A DNA stretch of 35,761 bases from Candidatus Hydrogenedentota bacterium (GTDB lineage Bacteria > Hydrogenedentota > Hydrogenedentia > Hydrogenedentales > SLHB01), in NCBI GenBank assembly GCA_034408725.1, contig JAWXCN010000142.1, forward strand, positions 1 through 35,761. Reading direction: 5' to 3'. Numbering within the stretch: position 1 is the first letter of the stretch; each line of letters opens with the position of its first letter. The translations under genes and the position numbers were made by a program. Of this stretch, positions 1 through 10,592 are shown piece by piece. The notes under the pieces are model-generated. The model was not told where the DNA came from. It searched no databases and saw only the letters and a list, made by a program, of their open reading frames with translations.

Positions 1-35
1 CTGCATGGGTGAGAATCGCGGAAAGGACTCCATCA

Positions 36-2624
36 ATGCGTTTAGACAAATTGACCATTAAGGCACAGGAAGCGCTCGCGGAAGCGCAGGACGTGGCGTC
101 GCAAAAGGGCAATCCGGAGATCGCTCCGGTGCATCTGTTTCACGCGTTGCTGGCGCAGGAGAAGGGCGTTGCCGGCTCCATTCTCCAACGGCTTGGCGTG
201 CCATTGGAAAACGTGCGCGCGGAGGTCCAACAACGGTTGGGGCAATTTCCGAGTGTGAGTGGCGCGACAGGAATGCCGGGATTGAGCAGCGTCACGCAAC
301 GTGTGCTCGATGCTGGTTGGAAAGTCGCGCAGCAACTCAAAGATGAATACCTGAGCACCGAGCATATGTTGATTGGTATGCTGGAAGTGCGCGGGGATGC
401 GGCCAGCGACATTCTAAAAAATGCGGGCGTGACGCACGATGCCGTGATGCACGCGTTGAAAGACGTCCGTGGGACGCAGCGTGTTACCGATCCGAATGCG
501 GAGGAAACCTATGAAGCCCTCGCGAAATACAGCCGCGATTTGACCCAGCTTGCGCGCGCGGGAAAGCTCGACCCTGTAATTGGACGTGACGAGGAAATTC
601 GCCGCGTGATCCAGGTGCTGTCACGGCGTACCAAGAACAATCCTGTGCTGATTGGCGAGCCGGGCGTTGGCAAAACGGCGATTGTTGAAGGGCTCGCGCA
701 ACGTATCGTTGCGGGTGACGTGCCCGAAAGCCTCAAGAACAAGCGGATCGCTGCGCTGGATTTGGGGGCACTGATCGCCGGCGCAAAATTTCGCGGCGAG
801 TTTGAAGACCGGTTAAAGGCTGTGCTCCGCGAGGTGCAGGAAGCCGAAGGCAATGTTGTGCTGTTTATTGACGAGTTGCACACGCTTGTTGGCGCGGGGG
901 CCGCGGAAGGCGCGATGGACGCGTCGAACATGCTGAAACCTGCGCTTGCGCGCGGCGAATTGCATTGCATCGGCGCTACGACGCTGGATGAATACCGCAA
1001 GCACGTCGAGAAGGATGCCGCGCTGGAACGGCGTTTCCAGCCCGTGTTCGCAGGTGAGCCGGACGTGGAAAATACGATTGCAATACTGCGTGGACTAAAG
1101 GAACGTTATGAAGTGCATCACGGCGTGCGTATTCAGGACAGCGCGCTGGTCGCGGCGGCGGTATTGAGTAACCGGTACATTAGTGACCGGTTTTTGCCGG
1201 ACAAGGCCATTGATTTGATTGACGAAGCGGCTTCGCGCTTACGCATTGAAATTGACAGCATGCCGTATGAGATTGACGTGTTGGACCGGAAAATCCGTCA
1301 GCTCGAGATCGAGCACCTAGCCCTGAAAAAGGAAACAGAAAAGGCGGGACTTGAACAGCGCGAAGGCATCGAGCGGGAGCTTGCGAATTTGCGCGAGGAA
1401 ATGAACGCGAAGAAGGCGCAGTGGCAGGCGGAAAAAGATGTCATAGAAGCGGGCCGAAAGATCAAAAACGAGATCGACGAAGCGAAGCGACAGGAAGAAA
1501 TCGCCGAACGCGCGGGCCAACTCGACAAAGTAGCGCAGTTGCGCTATGGCACGATTGCGGACTTGCAAAAGAAACTCGAAGCGGAGAACGCCCACCTTGC
1601 GGAAGTCCAACAGAAGGGCAGCTACCTCAAGGAAGAAGTGACCGAGGAAAACGTAGCAGAGATCGTTGCGAACTGGACCGGCATCCCCGTGACCAAAATG
1701 ATGGAAGGGGAGATGCAGAAGCTGCTCAAAATGGAAGAGCGGCTTTCCGAACGCGTGATTGGCCAGAAAGACGGCATCCGCGTGGTGTCCGACGCAGTCC
1801 GGCGCGCGCGGGCGGGATTGAAAGAACCTAACCGACCAATCGGTTCCTTCATATTTCTTGGGCCGACGGGCGTGGGAAAAACCGAGCTTGCGCGGGCGTT
1901 GGCCGAGCTGATGTTTGACGACGAGAACGCCATGGTCCGCATCGATATGAGTGAGTACATGGAGAAGTTTTCCGTGTCGCGCCTGATCGGCGCGCCTCCG
2001 GGATATGTTGGCTATGAAGAAGGCGGTCAACTGACCGAGGCCGTGCGGCGGCGTCCGTATAGCGTCGTGCTGTTCGACGAAATCGAAAAGGCGCACCACG
2101 ATGTGTTCAACGTGCTGTTGCAACTGCTCGATGATGGCCGCGTCACCGACAGCCAAGGCCGCACGGTGGACTTCAAGAACACCGTGATTATTATGACTTC
2201 CAATATCGGGAGCGAGGTGTTTCAGGAAGCGGACGGGACGTATGACGAGAAAGTTGAAGCAGTTCTCGGCGTGCTGAAGCATCATTTCCGCCCGGAGTTT
2301 ATAAACCGGATCGACGACATTGTGGTGTTCCACCCGCTCGAACGCGAACATATTCGCAAGATCGTGGACGTGCAGATTCACCGGTTGCTGAAACGTGTCG
2401 AAGAGAAAAAGATCAGCATCGAACTGACAGACGCGGCGCGCGACGTGTTGGCTGAGCAGGGATACGATCCGGCATTTGGGGCACGGCCATTGAAACGTGC
2501 GATTCAACGCATGGTCCTTGATCCGTTGGCCATCGAAATTCTCGAAGGGAATGTGACGGAAGGATCGCGGGTCAAAGTGGATGCGGGTGGAAAGGGCCTG
2601 ACCCTAACGCCAATGGCGGCGTAG
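36..2624 (+). CDS. clpB: ATP-dependent chaperone ClpB
   Basis: MRLDKLT N-terminus, two AAA+ modules ([16 protein letters not shown]), [10 protein letters not shown], coiled-coil middle domain, [10 protein letters not shown] and [10 protein letters not shown] at 36 follows AAAGGA; the ORF track starts at 9. Confidence 0.97.
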   Translation: MRLDKLTIKAQEALAEAQDVASQKGNPEIAPVHLFHALLAQEKGVAGSILQRLGVPLENVRAEVQQRLGQFPSVSGATGMPGLSSVTQRVLDAGWKVAQQLKDEYLSTEHMLIGMLEVRGDAASDILKNAGVTHDAVMHALKDVRGTQRVTDPNAEETYEALAKYSRDLTQLARAGKLDPVIGRDEEIRRVIQVLSRRTKNNPVLIGEPGVGKTAIVEGLAQRIVAGDVPESLKNKRIAALDLGALIAGAKFRGEFEDRLKAVLREVQEAEGNVVLFIDELHTLVGAGAAEGAMDASNMLKPALARGELHCIGATTLDEYRKHVEKDAALERRFQPVFAGEPDVENTIAILRGLKERYEVHHGVRIQDSALVAAAVLSNRYISDRFLPDKAIDLIDEAASRLRIEIDSMPYEIDVLDRKIRQLEIEHLALKKETEKAGLEQREGIERELANLREEMNAKKAQWQAEKDVIEAGRKIKNEIDEAKRQEEIAERAGQLDKVAQLRYGTIADLQKKLEAENAHLAEVQQKGSYLKEEVTEENVAEIVANWTGIPVTKMMEGEMQKLLKMEERLSERVIGQKDGIRVVSDAVRRARAGLKEPNRPIGSFIFLGPTGVGKTELARALAELMFDDENAMVRIDMSEYMEKFSVSRLIGAPPGYVGYEEGGQLTEAVRRRPYSVVLFDEIEKAHHDVFNVLLQLLDDGRVTDSQGRTVDFKNTVIIMTSNIGSEVFQEADGTYDEKVEAVLGVLKHHFRPEFINRIDDIVVFHPLEREHIRKIVDVQIHRLLKRVEEKKISIELTDAARDVLAEQGYDPAFGARPLKRAIQRMVLDPLAIEILEGNVTEGSRVKVDAGGKGLTLTPMAA

Positions 2625-2735
2625 CGCGCTAACCATGTCTTGAAAGAGGCGGCCGATGCAGACCAAGGCGTCGTCCTCCGGTTTCACTTTTTGCCGTGCG
2701 CGCGTGGTATCGTTTTTCCCGGCAGGGGAAAGCGT

Positions 2736-5024
2736 ATGCTCGAAGGCAACATTCTTGGTGGACATGAAGCACGCACCAGTGACGGCGCGCGACAGACAGT
2801 TATCGTGATCCTGCTGATCACTGCGCTCGTTGGTTTCTGGTTTAACTACGTGCTATTCGAGCGGCCACCTCTACTCAACGATGCTGCCGGTGATATTCTG
2901 CGAATTCATTTGCCAAATGTTTTCTATTCCGTGGAGACGTTAAAAACTGGCGCGTTGCCGTTGTGGAACCCCAACGAATTTTGTGGAATGCCGATGTTCG
3001 CGGGATTGGAGTTTGGGCCGTTATACCCGCCAAATTGGACCTTTTTATTCTTGCCGCTCGACATTGGGCACTTGCTAGGCGCGTTGTTGCATCAGGTGTT
3101 GTTGAGTGTAGGTACGTTTTTGTTTCTTCGGCATGCGTTGCGGATCAGCATCGGCGGCGCGGCGTTCGGGGCGCTGTGCATCGCATTTTCGGGATGGAGC
3201 ACGTTCAGAATGCTCACGGAATTTGACGCATACCGATCGTCGGCATATATCCCATTGATCCTTTTATTTTCGGATCGCGTGATCGCGCGCGTGACACCCG
3301 CGCGATGTGTTGCGCTCGCGGTTGCAGTTGCGTTGCAATTGTTGGCCGGCGAGACCGAGGTTTGGGTGCGCACCTTGATGCTGGTGGCGGCGTATTCCGC
3401 ATACCGGTTACTTCAACTGCTTCGCAACACTGGCCCGCGGGCAGTAACGCTTCTACCGGTGATCGGCCTTTTCGCAGCCGTGCTGCTCGCTGTAGGAATT
3501 GTCGCGGTTCAATTGTTGCCGGCGCTCGAAGCGTCGTGGCTGAGCCTTCGTTCGACCAGTGGGCTTACGTTTGATCACGCGTTTCGCGGCGGGATTGAGG
3601 ATGCGCCTACACTGTTATCCATGATGACCGTGTACAGCTACCCCGCGCATGGCCAGTTCATTGGATTCCTTCCAATAGTGATTGCCGCGTACGCGCTTAC
3701 GCGGCACCGAGGTGATGTCTTGTTCTTTTTGGCCCTCGCAACAGTCTCGTTTGCGCTCATTCTCGGCGACAACACTTTTGTTGCGAAGTTCTACTACGCC
3801 TTGCCGACGGGAAACTGGTTCCGCGCGCCAATACGGTTTTTGCCATACCTGGTCTTTGCGGTGGCGGCGCTGGCGGGAATCGGCGCGCACCAGTTTATCG
3901 AAGATTTGTTCCGGCCCACTGGAAAACGGCGATGGTTTGCGATGACAGCAGTGCTTGTGCTCGTAGCGCCATTGCTGAGCCCAATCGCTTCGTCGAAAGT
4001 GGAATTTACGTCGGCGGCGATTGGCGCGATTCTGTTGGCTGTGGTGGTGATCGTTGCAGTGAGAAGCAAAGTAGAGGTGTGGGGCGGGGTCGCGGCATTC
4101 ACGGTACTTTGTATTTCATATCTTGCGTTGCCGGCTACGCTGTACGACCTGCGCGAATTCAACATACCCAGGCCGCTGGACTTTGTGGGTCCCGCCGCGG
4201 AGGCATTGCCAGCGCTTCGGCAGGGATTGAAACCCGGAGAACGCGTGTATGTGGATTATGCGTTTGAGACGGGACGCCGGCAACCGAAGTTTGGCACGCT
4301 TACGGGCATTCCGGCGATTAACGGCATCTCCGCGTTCATGCCGCGATCGTTCTGGGATTTTATCTATCCCTATTCCTCGACCCGGATACGCGCGATGCAT
4401 GAGCAAGCGGGGTACGGCGGCATGTCTGCGCAGTCGGGTTTGTGGGGCGGACTCGCCGTCGAGCATGGCGCATTGCAGGCGCTGAACGTGTTGGGAGTGC
4501 GGCGGATCGGGTTGGGATTGGGCAACGAATTCGCCGACGGAGATCAGGATGCGCCTCCAGCGTTGCGCGCGATTTATGACAATGGTGACGCGCCGTTGTT
4601 TGACAGGTTCGCTGCATATGACAATCCGGCGGCATGGCCTCGGGCGTTTGTCGTAGACGCGGCAACAGTTGATTCCATCGATTCACTGTTACATCACGTC
4701 GAAGTTGGGATGACTGCCGCCACTATTAAGGAGTATGGCGCGAACGATGTCCAGATCGGTCTGCCGGGGGAAAGCGGCCTTCTGATTCTGACTGATCAAG
4801 TGTACCCAGGATGGCAGGCACGCGTGGATGGGAAGGCAACGCCAATTCTGCCGGTCGCGGGTATATTTCGCGGCGTGCGCGTGGATGCGGATGACGAGGT
4901 TATCGAGTTCTATTACCGGCCCAAATCGTTGGTGTATGGATCGGCAATCAGCGCGGTTGCGATTGCGATTGCATCGGTGTTCTTACTTTGGCATCGCATC
5001 CGGGGTCTCACTTTTTCACGTTGA
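2736..5024 (+). CDS. YfhO-like polytopic membrane protein (GT-C fold glycosyltransferase candidate)
   Basis: LPLWNPNEFCGMP..LYP N-terminal motif, many TM segments, C-terminal YPGWQARVDG..FRGV..YRP. Start chosen at ATG 2736; the ORF is open from 2640. Confidence 0.75.
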   Translation: MLEGNILGGHEARTSDGARQTVIVILLITALVGFWFNYVLFERPPLLNDAAGDILRIHLPNVFYSVETLKTGALPLWNPNEFCGMPMFAGLEFGPLYPPNWTFLFLPLDIGHLLGALLHQVLLSVGTFLFLRHALRISIGGAAFGALCIAFSGWSTFRMLTEFDAYRSSAYIPLILLFSDRVIARVTPARCVALAVAVALQLLAGETEVWVRTLMLVAAYSAYRLLQLLRNTGPRAVTLLPVIGLFAAVLLAVGIVAVQLLPALEASWLSLRSTSGLTFDHAFRGGIEDAPTLLSMMTVYSYPAHGQFIGFLPIVIAAYALTRHRGDVLFFLALATVSFALILGDNTFVAKFYYALPTGNWFRAPIRFLPYLVFAVAALAGIGAHQFIEDLFRPTGKRRWFAMTAVLVLVAPLLSPIASSKVEFTSAAIGAILLAVVVIVAVRSKVEVWGGVAAFTVLCISYLALPATLYDLREFNIPRPLDFVGPAAEALPALRQGLKPGERVYVDYAFETGRRQPKFGTLTGIPAINGISAFMPRSFWDFIYPYSSTRIRAMHEQAGYGGMSAQSGLWGGLAVEHGALQALNVLGVRRIGLGLGNEFADGDQDAPPALRAIYDNGDAPLFDRFAAYDNPAAWPRAFVVDAATVDSIDSLLHHVEVGMTAATIKEYGANDVQIGLPGESGLLILTDQVYPGWQARVDGKATPILPVAGIFRGVRVDADDEVIEFYYRPKSLVYGSAISAVAIAIASVFLLWHRIRGLTFSR

Positions 5025-5727
5025 TCCCTAAATGCGCTACGAGCGGAACGTGGTCCGAGGCGACGAGCGCGCGCAAAGGTTTGTGCGTGCGCGATTCACG
5101 AATCTCCATGCCTTCGTTGACGAGGATAAAATCGATAGTCCGCATGCCCAACCAGGTGGGAACATGACGCGCGTTGATCGACTGCACATCGCGAAGGCGG
5201 CCAAGTAGAGAGCGATAGAGCGGATCGCGCCGGCCCAGATTGAAATCGCCGCAGAGAATGGACGGACCGGAGAACACGTCGTGTCCAAACCAGTCCGGTC
5301 CCAGGAGGGTTTCGATCTGCGCGTGGCGTTCGCGCGGATGCAACCCGAGATGTGTGTTCACAATATGGATCGGCGATTTGCTGTGGCCGATCTCCGCCCA
5401 CAGCGCGCCGCGGGGCTCGCGACCTTTCATGGCTGGAAGATTAGCGGATCGAACGTGCTTCATCGGGAAGCGGCTGAAGATGGCTGTGCCGTATCGGCCG
5501 TCGGTCCAACCTTCGCAGGAATGAAACAGGACGTCCATGTCCAGCGCATCGGCGATGCGCCGGGGTTGATCGATAAACCTGGACCTGGAACGTCCCGCGT
5601 CCAGTTCCTGCAGCGCAATGACATCCGCGTCGCACTCGCGAAGGATCGCGGCGATTCGGTCCGTGCAGATTTTACCATCAAGCCCGCGACAACCGCGTAC
5701 ATTGTATGTAACAACTTTAAGAGACAT
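5008..5727 (-). CDS. Endonuclease/exonuclease/phosphatase (EEP) family protein
   Basis: TYNV, DVIALQE, NTHLG, CGDFN, IDFI and SDHVP catalytic motifs. Confidence 0.92.
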   Translation of the reverse strand: MSLKVVTYNVRGCRGLDGKICTDRIAAILRECDADVIALQELDAGRSRSRFIDQPRRIADALDMDVLFHSCEGWTDGRYGTAIFSRFPMKHVRSANLPAMKGREPRGALWAEIGHSKSPIHIVNTHLGLHPRERHAQIETLLGPDWFGHDVFSGPSILCGDFNLGRRDPLYRSLLGRLRDVQSINARHVPTWLGMRTIDFILVNEGMEIRESRTHKPLRALVASDHVPLVAHLGINVKK

Positions 5728-5781
5728 GTCTGCTCCTTCCGGAACCGCGCTTTCCTCGGTATACGCCGCGCTAAAGCGCTC
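5572..5781. repeat. Diverged direct repeat, copy 1 (3' tail of the phosphodiesterase gene plus 5' ~52 codons of the EEP gene)
   Basis: Aligns by eye with 8640-8851, e.g. CCGCGACAACCGCGTACATTGTA and TTAAGAGACATGTCT shared. The upstream part encodes ERFSAAYTEE..PEG versus ERLRNAYTNE..SEG. Confidence 0.88.
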
Positions 5782-5879
5782 CGTTCAGCGAATGCTCTTG
5801 AATAGAAGCTCACGAGGTGACGAAAGCCGGGCTGGCTTGCACGATAACCCGATCGCGGGTGTGTCTAATTTTGGCTTAG

Positions 5880-6932
5880 TCAATAACTATAGACTTCCCA
5901 CTTCCGGCTTGAATAGTAATATCGTGCGGCGTAGTTTTCTTTACTGGTTTTAAGGTAGTTGTTCACCCAGTTGATTCTCGTATCGTGCCGGGCTGTTCCG
6001 TGCTTTTCGTTCGTATTGAATCTATTCCACCACACTGACCGTCCGCCAACCTCGCCGTTCATGGCGCCGCCAGCGTTACGATAGAGACCTAAAACTGTGT
6101 ACCAATCGGAAATAGTTGCGTAATCGTGATTATATATCTCGATCGAGATATAACGGTCCAACCCCGGCCTGTCCTTAACAAGTACTGTGGTCAGTTCAAT
6201 GATCGTAAGAAGGTTGTTGGGATTGTTCACCTTAAGGTCATATTTTTTAGAAATTGCCGGATGTAATAGCCAATGAATAGCTGACATGTTCCAATTTGAA
6301 AGCGCGATGGACAGGCAGTCCGCCGTCGGTTTTGCGCCACGTTTATGCAACCATTCGAGCACGTCAAACACATCCTTGTTCCGTGTAGAGCCGCATGCAG
6401 AGTGGAGCAAGCTATAATTTGATGGAAATTCATCGCGTCCTTCGTAATGAATGAGAGCGGCGACCGATCCCTCCTCAGCCGCACCGTAAGCGCTTCTATA
6501 TGTTTTATCGAACCAGGCATTAGTGAGCTTCTCAATTTTGGTGAGCAGTTCCAAGGCCTCGCGGTAAGCAGGCGCTTCGCGACCGGTAGCGTTAATGTAC
6601 TTCGTAAGATATTTCGTCCCTTTTGTTCCAAATTCCAGCGAAGCCGAGGCATCGGGTTTTGCCGAATATGCGCGCGCATATGCGGAGCCTAGACGAAGAT
6701 AGTATTCGACCGGAAGCGACCCAGACAATTGCGATTCCAATTTCTCGACCTTACTTAATGCCTCGGCAGATTTCGTCCATTCGCCATTCTTTGCGTATCC
6801 TTCGGCTTCAATAATATGCTTGTCAGCCAGAATTCCCGGATCGGTAATTCCTTGAGAATATGCGACGCAAATTGCCACGTGAAAGAGCAACCACTTTCGC
6901 CCAGCCCAGACGCGTTGATCAATCAGCCTCAT
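5880..6932 (-). CDS. Exported hypothetical protein with a TPR-like N-terminal region and possible degenerate ankyrin-like repeats
   Basis: 350 aa ORF with SD AGGAGGTG and a hydrophobic N-terminus. Helical repeat-like region ends YINATGREAPAYREALELL, followed by AAEEGS / SLLHSAC / DVLEWLHKRGA / LSIAL..AIHWLL segments. Visibly more AT-rich than the backbone. Domain calls are tentative. Confidence 0.6.
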   Translation of the reverse strand: MRLIDQRVWAGRKWLLFHVAICVAYSQGITDPGILADKHIIEAEGYAKNGEWTKSAEALSKVEKLESQLSGSLPVEYYLRLGSAYARAYSAKPDASASLEFGTKGTKYLTKYINATGREAPAYREALELLTKIEKLTNAWFDKTYRSAYGAAEEGSVAALIHYEGRDEFPSNYSLLHSACGSTRNKDVFDVLEWLHKRGAKPTADCLSIALSNWNMSAIHWLLHPAISKKYDLKVNNPNNLLTIIELTTVLVKDRPGLDRYISIEIYNHDYATISDWYTVLGLYRNAGGAMNGEVGGRSVWWNRFNTNEKHGTARHDTRINWVNNYLKTSKENYAARYYYSSRKWEVYSY

Positions 6933-6946
6933 CGAAATCGCACCTC

Positions 6947-8287
6947 CTACTTGATTAAACCGAATAAATTTCCGATTCCGATGGCGTCAACCGCCGCTCC
7001 AAACACATCTGCCAATTGGGAATGGTTTTCGGCGTAATGGTATTGGCCGCCAGTTTCATTGGCGATACGGCGTAAGTCGCCGGCCGCGGCAGAACCTGGC
7101 GAAATGCCAAGGCCGACAGTCTCGTGACGAAAGGCAAGGCCCTTCTGCTTTAATTCCGCCAACACTTGCGCAACATTTCCGCAGGTATCGTCACCATCGG
7201 CCAGAAGTATGATCGCGCGCGCATTGGGTTTTGACGACGCGTTCTTCTGCATGAAATTGGCTGCTATGGATAAAGCGGACCCAAGAGGAGTACCACCATC
7301 GGCTCGCATTCCCCCTATGAATTGAGTGAGCGCGGCTTTGTTTGTCGAAAATCCGACAGTAGCAATTGTTGGACTACTGCACTCACCGGTAAACGTGAGA
7401 ACAGCAACCTCGGTGCTGCCAAGCCCGACGCGGTCCAGCGCGGCGGTTGCGGATCGTTTGGCGGCTGCAAGCTTTTCGCCCTGCATACTTCCGGAAACAT
7501 CAATGACCAAGAGGAGCGACGTTTGATAGGAAGCGTTCTTGTTTGCCCCCGATTCAGGTTGCGAACCGCCCGTTTTCCCTGTGGATGTGCCCACTTTAGG
7601 ACTGTCGAAACCAATCAAATCGGCAATTCTACCGTCGGCCGCTTTTGGAGACGTCGAAACCGTGCCGCTTTTCGACATTTTTGATTCTACTTGATCCGGT
7701 GCCCCTTGCGACTTTGTTTTCGTAACTGTTTCTTTTGAGCTTTTTTTAACACCTTCTTCCGTCTGTCCGCCTTTGGTCGGCGACGATTGCTGGTCGGGTT
7801 GCTTTGTCATCGACTCCGGATTTGTCGAGGTAGGCTTCGCGTTCTTGCCTGCACTGGGGGAAAGGATTTGGTCCCACGCGATTGTTCTGCTGTCTCTGCT
7901 CAGGCGAAAAGTAACAGTCGGCGGTTCAACAGTTACGTCTTTGAAATGGCTCGCCTTTCCGAAACTGTCCCAGGACGTGTTGGACGCTTCGCCCGGTTTC
8001 AAGGTGGATCTAATAAAAGCTTCCGCCGGACCGGTACGCGTTGCGCCGTTTACCAACGTATAAGTCTTCTTCTTTATGGCAACATCGTAAAGCGTTAAGT
8101 CACTCTTGTTTTCAATACGCCACGTCGCCGAAACTGCATTAGGTTGTTTATAATAAAGAATAAGGATTTCTTTTCCGATTCCATCCTTAATACTGTCGTA
8201 TTTGGCCCATGGGACATCTTGTGCGGCGGCATTCACAGAAATTACGCCCATAGACGCAATAAATAAGAAACGAGTTACGCGATTCAT
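6947..8287 (-). CDS. Secreted protein with C-terminal von Willebrand factor A (VWA) domain
   Basis: Signal peptide ending NAAA-Q, S/T/K/P-rich linker, complete MIDAS (DVSGS, GGTPL, LADG). AGGAGG lies upstream of ATG 8287. Confidence 0.88.
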   Translation of the reverse strand: MNRVTRFLFIASMGVISVNAAAQDVPWAKYDSIKDGIGKEILILYYKQPNAVSATWRIENKSDLTLYDVAIKKKTYTLVNGATRTGPAEAFIRSTLKPGEASNTSWDSFGKASHFKDVTVEPPTVTFRLSRDSRTIAWDQILSPSAGKNAKPTSTNPESMTKQPDQQSSPTKGGQTEEGVKKSSKETVTKTKSQGAPDQVESKMSKSGTVSTSPKAADGRIADLIGFDSPKVGTSTGKTGGSQPESGANKNASYQTSLLLVIDVSGSMQGEKLAAAKRSATAALDRVGLGSTEVAVLTFTGECSSPTIATVGFSTNKAALTQFIGGMRADGGTPLGSALSIAANFMQKNASSKPNARAIILLADGDDTCGNVAQVLAELKQKGLAFRHETVGLGISPGSAAAGDLRRIANETGGQYHYAENHSQLADVFGAAVDAIGIGNLFGLIK

Positions 8288-8639
8288 TCGCGACGGGCCT
8301 CCTGCTTCAGTTTTCCATTTCCGGTTAATAAATCTACAAAACTTGGGCACACCGACGATCACACGCGAACGAATAGGGTTCTAGAAGGTCTCCGTTCAGA
8401 CCTCACTCAATGATAAACGAGCGAGGAGTATTCCATATATAGTACACTGCGCTTACAGCATGACCGGTCTCGAATCGAAGAATATCACTCAATGTTGCCC
8501 GCGTCAAGGTAGAGACAGAGAACCGAAAATCCGCGAAGAAATTGCGTCCGTAAAATTCCAGTCGAGATCTGCACCTCGTACTGTCTCGGGGAAGTGAATC
8601 AAAACGTGAAGCAACTTCCCCGTAAATACTTTTCTCTTT

Positions 8640-8796
8640 GATAAATTTCGATCGCAAACGCCCCGCATCTAGCTCTTGCAACGCGATGTCGTCTGCGTCG
8701 CACTCACGAAGAATCGCGGTGATACGGTCCCGTGCAAATCCTTCCATTCAGACCGCGACAACCGCGTACATTGTACGTAACGACCTTAAGAGACAT
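8640..8796 (-). pseudogene. Truncated, frameshifted 5' fragment of the EEP gene (part of direct repeat copy 2, 8640-8851)
   Basis: Reads MSLKVVTYNVRGCRGLNGRICT, then a +1 base, then DRITAILRECDADDIALQELDAGRLRSKFI, after which similarity to 5008-5727 ends. Confidence 0.9.
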
Positions 8797-10579
8797 GTCT
8801 CGTACCTTCGGATATTATTTTTTCGTTTGTATACGCGTTGCGTAACCGTTCTTGAAGATCGTGCAGGCGCAGGCGACGGGCCTTGTCGTCGGTCAGCTCC
8901 TTCCACATCTCCGCGCAATGTTGAGGAACGATAATGAATGGCGTCATCTCCGAGGAGGACGGTCCTGTGTGGCCGCCGCGTTCATAACTGTAAGATATGG
9001 ACGGCACATGCTTCCCGCGATAGCCAAACAGAATCACGTCGCCCGCGGACGGCATGGCGGCCCAGCGCTTGAACTCCGCAAGGTTCTCGTGAATCACGTC
9101 CGCGATATCGGGGGCGACATTTCGAAAGCTTGCATGATTGCTAATGTCGTACCAGAGTCCCGCTACGCCGACCTTTGCGTTGTTCGGCTTCGATCGTGCG
9201 AGTGCAAACCCAATTCCGGGATGGTCCGCGAGCGCATTGACGAATTCTGGACAACACTCAAGCCAGTCTTCCAAAAACAGCCGTTCTTTCCGATCCAACA
9301 AATATAGATGCGCGACTGGTCCGGTTGAAATGAGGTGAACGAGCCGATCCTTGTCCGCGCCATTTTGGGAGGTCCGCTGATTTCGCGCAGGCTTCAGGAA
9401 CCAGCGGTAAATGGACTTCAGCACGCCCGGAAATACGCCGCTGATATTCTCCGCGTGTTCCGCTTGCCATTGAATACGGCTCCGCGCATAGCGGCCATGT
9501 TGACCGCGCAAAAATCGGCCGCGCCGGATTCTTTCAGTCTTATGGCGCGAATGGGCATGCGCGCGAAGTTCTTCAGTCTCGGCGTACATCGACTGGAACA
9601 ACGAATCGAAATGGCGGTCCGGGTCCTGGTTGAAGACTTCCTGAAACGGGAGCGTGTCGGTTTGGCCGTGATCGCTCCACACATAGAAATCATAGTCGCG
9701 GATGCCGAGTTGTTTTGCATGTTCAATCGTGCGCCATACGCGTTCGATAGATGCGTCAATACCGCGCAGGGTCCAGAATGCGTACGCACTGGTGGGGCCA
9801 CGATGATGGGCATGCTCATCATAGGCGATATGATTCAGGTATATCGGTCCCGTGCCGCGATAAATATCGAGAATCGCCGCTAATGTGGCGATCTCGCGGC
9901 AAAGCACCACCGTGGCGATGCGGGCCACGACAAAGCGGAACTCAAGGTATTTGTTCTTTTCCGTGAACAGGGCGCACACGAGATCATAAATCGCGACCAT
10001 GAGTTCCATGAGCGCGTAAAACATGATGCGCGCGATGAGCACAAACTGAAAGACCGCGAATAGCGCCAGCGAAAGCCAGGTGGTCGCGATGTTCACGCTG
10101 GGATGAAAAAGTTTTGCAAACGTGAGAATGGTATTCGTGGCGCCGCCGCAAAATAGCGCGCAATACGCCGATCCGCCCGATAACAGCCCCGGATACGGCG
10201 CGACGGTGCGTTTGACCCGGTCTTCCAGATCGGCCGAACAACGCACCGTATTCAAACTAACGGCGCTATCCGTCCGTTTGTCGTACCAGAAGAAGCCGGG
10301 GACGTCATCATTGTTTCCGTAAAACAGTCCTGTTTGGAATGCGCCGGTAGACGTTGGCAGCATTGATTGCCAGGAACCCTTGATGCCGTGTCCCGCGCGG
10401 AGGTAGCGCCGGAGAAACGGCAGTTTTCCTTTCACGATCGCGCGGTTGAAATTTTCGTGGGACAAACCGTCGATTTGGATGAGCACGCACGAACGCGAGT
10501 CGCGCACGTCCTGCTGTTCGGTTTTGAGGCCAAGGAGCCGCAACCGCCGCGACTCGCTTTTTTTCCCATTTGGTTTCAT
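8786..10579 (-). CDS. Alkaline phosphatase superfamily / type I phosphodiesterase-like protein with an internal membrane segment
   Basis: LIQIDGLS, PTST nucleophile region, YDEHAHHRGP, WSDHGQ and GGHTG metal-binding motifs, plus a hydrophobic stretch around aa 165-205. Confidence 0.85.
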   Translation of the reverse strand: MKPNGKKSESRRLRLLGLKTEQQDVRDSRSCVLIQIDGLSHENFNRAIVKGKLPFLRRYLRAGHGIKGSWQSMLPTSTGAFQTGLFYGNNDDVPGFFWYDKRTDSAVSLNTVRCSADLEDRVKRTVAPYPGLLSGGSAYCALFCGGATNTILTFAKLFHPSVNIATTWLSLALFAVFQFVLIARIMFYALMELMVAIYDLVCALFTEKNKYLEFRFVVARIATVVLCREIATLAAILDIYRGTGPIYLNHIAYDEHAHHRGPTSAYAFWTLRGIDASIERVWRTIEHAKQLGIRDYDFYVWSDHGQTDTLPFQEVFNQDPDRHFDSLFQSMYAETEELRAHAHSRHKTERIRRGRFLRGQHGRYARSRIQWQAEHAENISGVFPGVLKSIYRWFLKPARNQRTSQNGADKDRLVHLISTGPVAHLYLLDRKERLFLEDWLECCPEFVNALADHPGIGFALARSKPNNAKVGVAGLWYDISNHASFRNVAPDIADVIHENLAEFKRWAAMPSAGDVILFGYRGKHVPSISYSYERGGHTGPSSSEMTPFIIVPQHCAEMWKELTDDKARRLRLHDLQERLRNAYTNEKIISEGTRHVS

Positions 10580-10592
10580 CTGATCGCTCTCG

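Noticed and set aside
1317-2507. 396-aa antisense ORF within clpB
   Set aside because: Shadow frame of a conserved GC-rich gene; no recognisable motifs.
8403-8747. 114-aa ORF with EEP-like residues
   Set aside because: Only about 30 aa come from the frameshifted EEP stub; the rest is read-through into unrelated DNA. Reported as a pseudogene instead.
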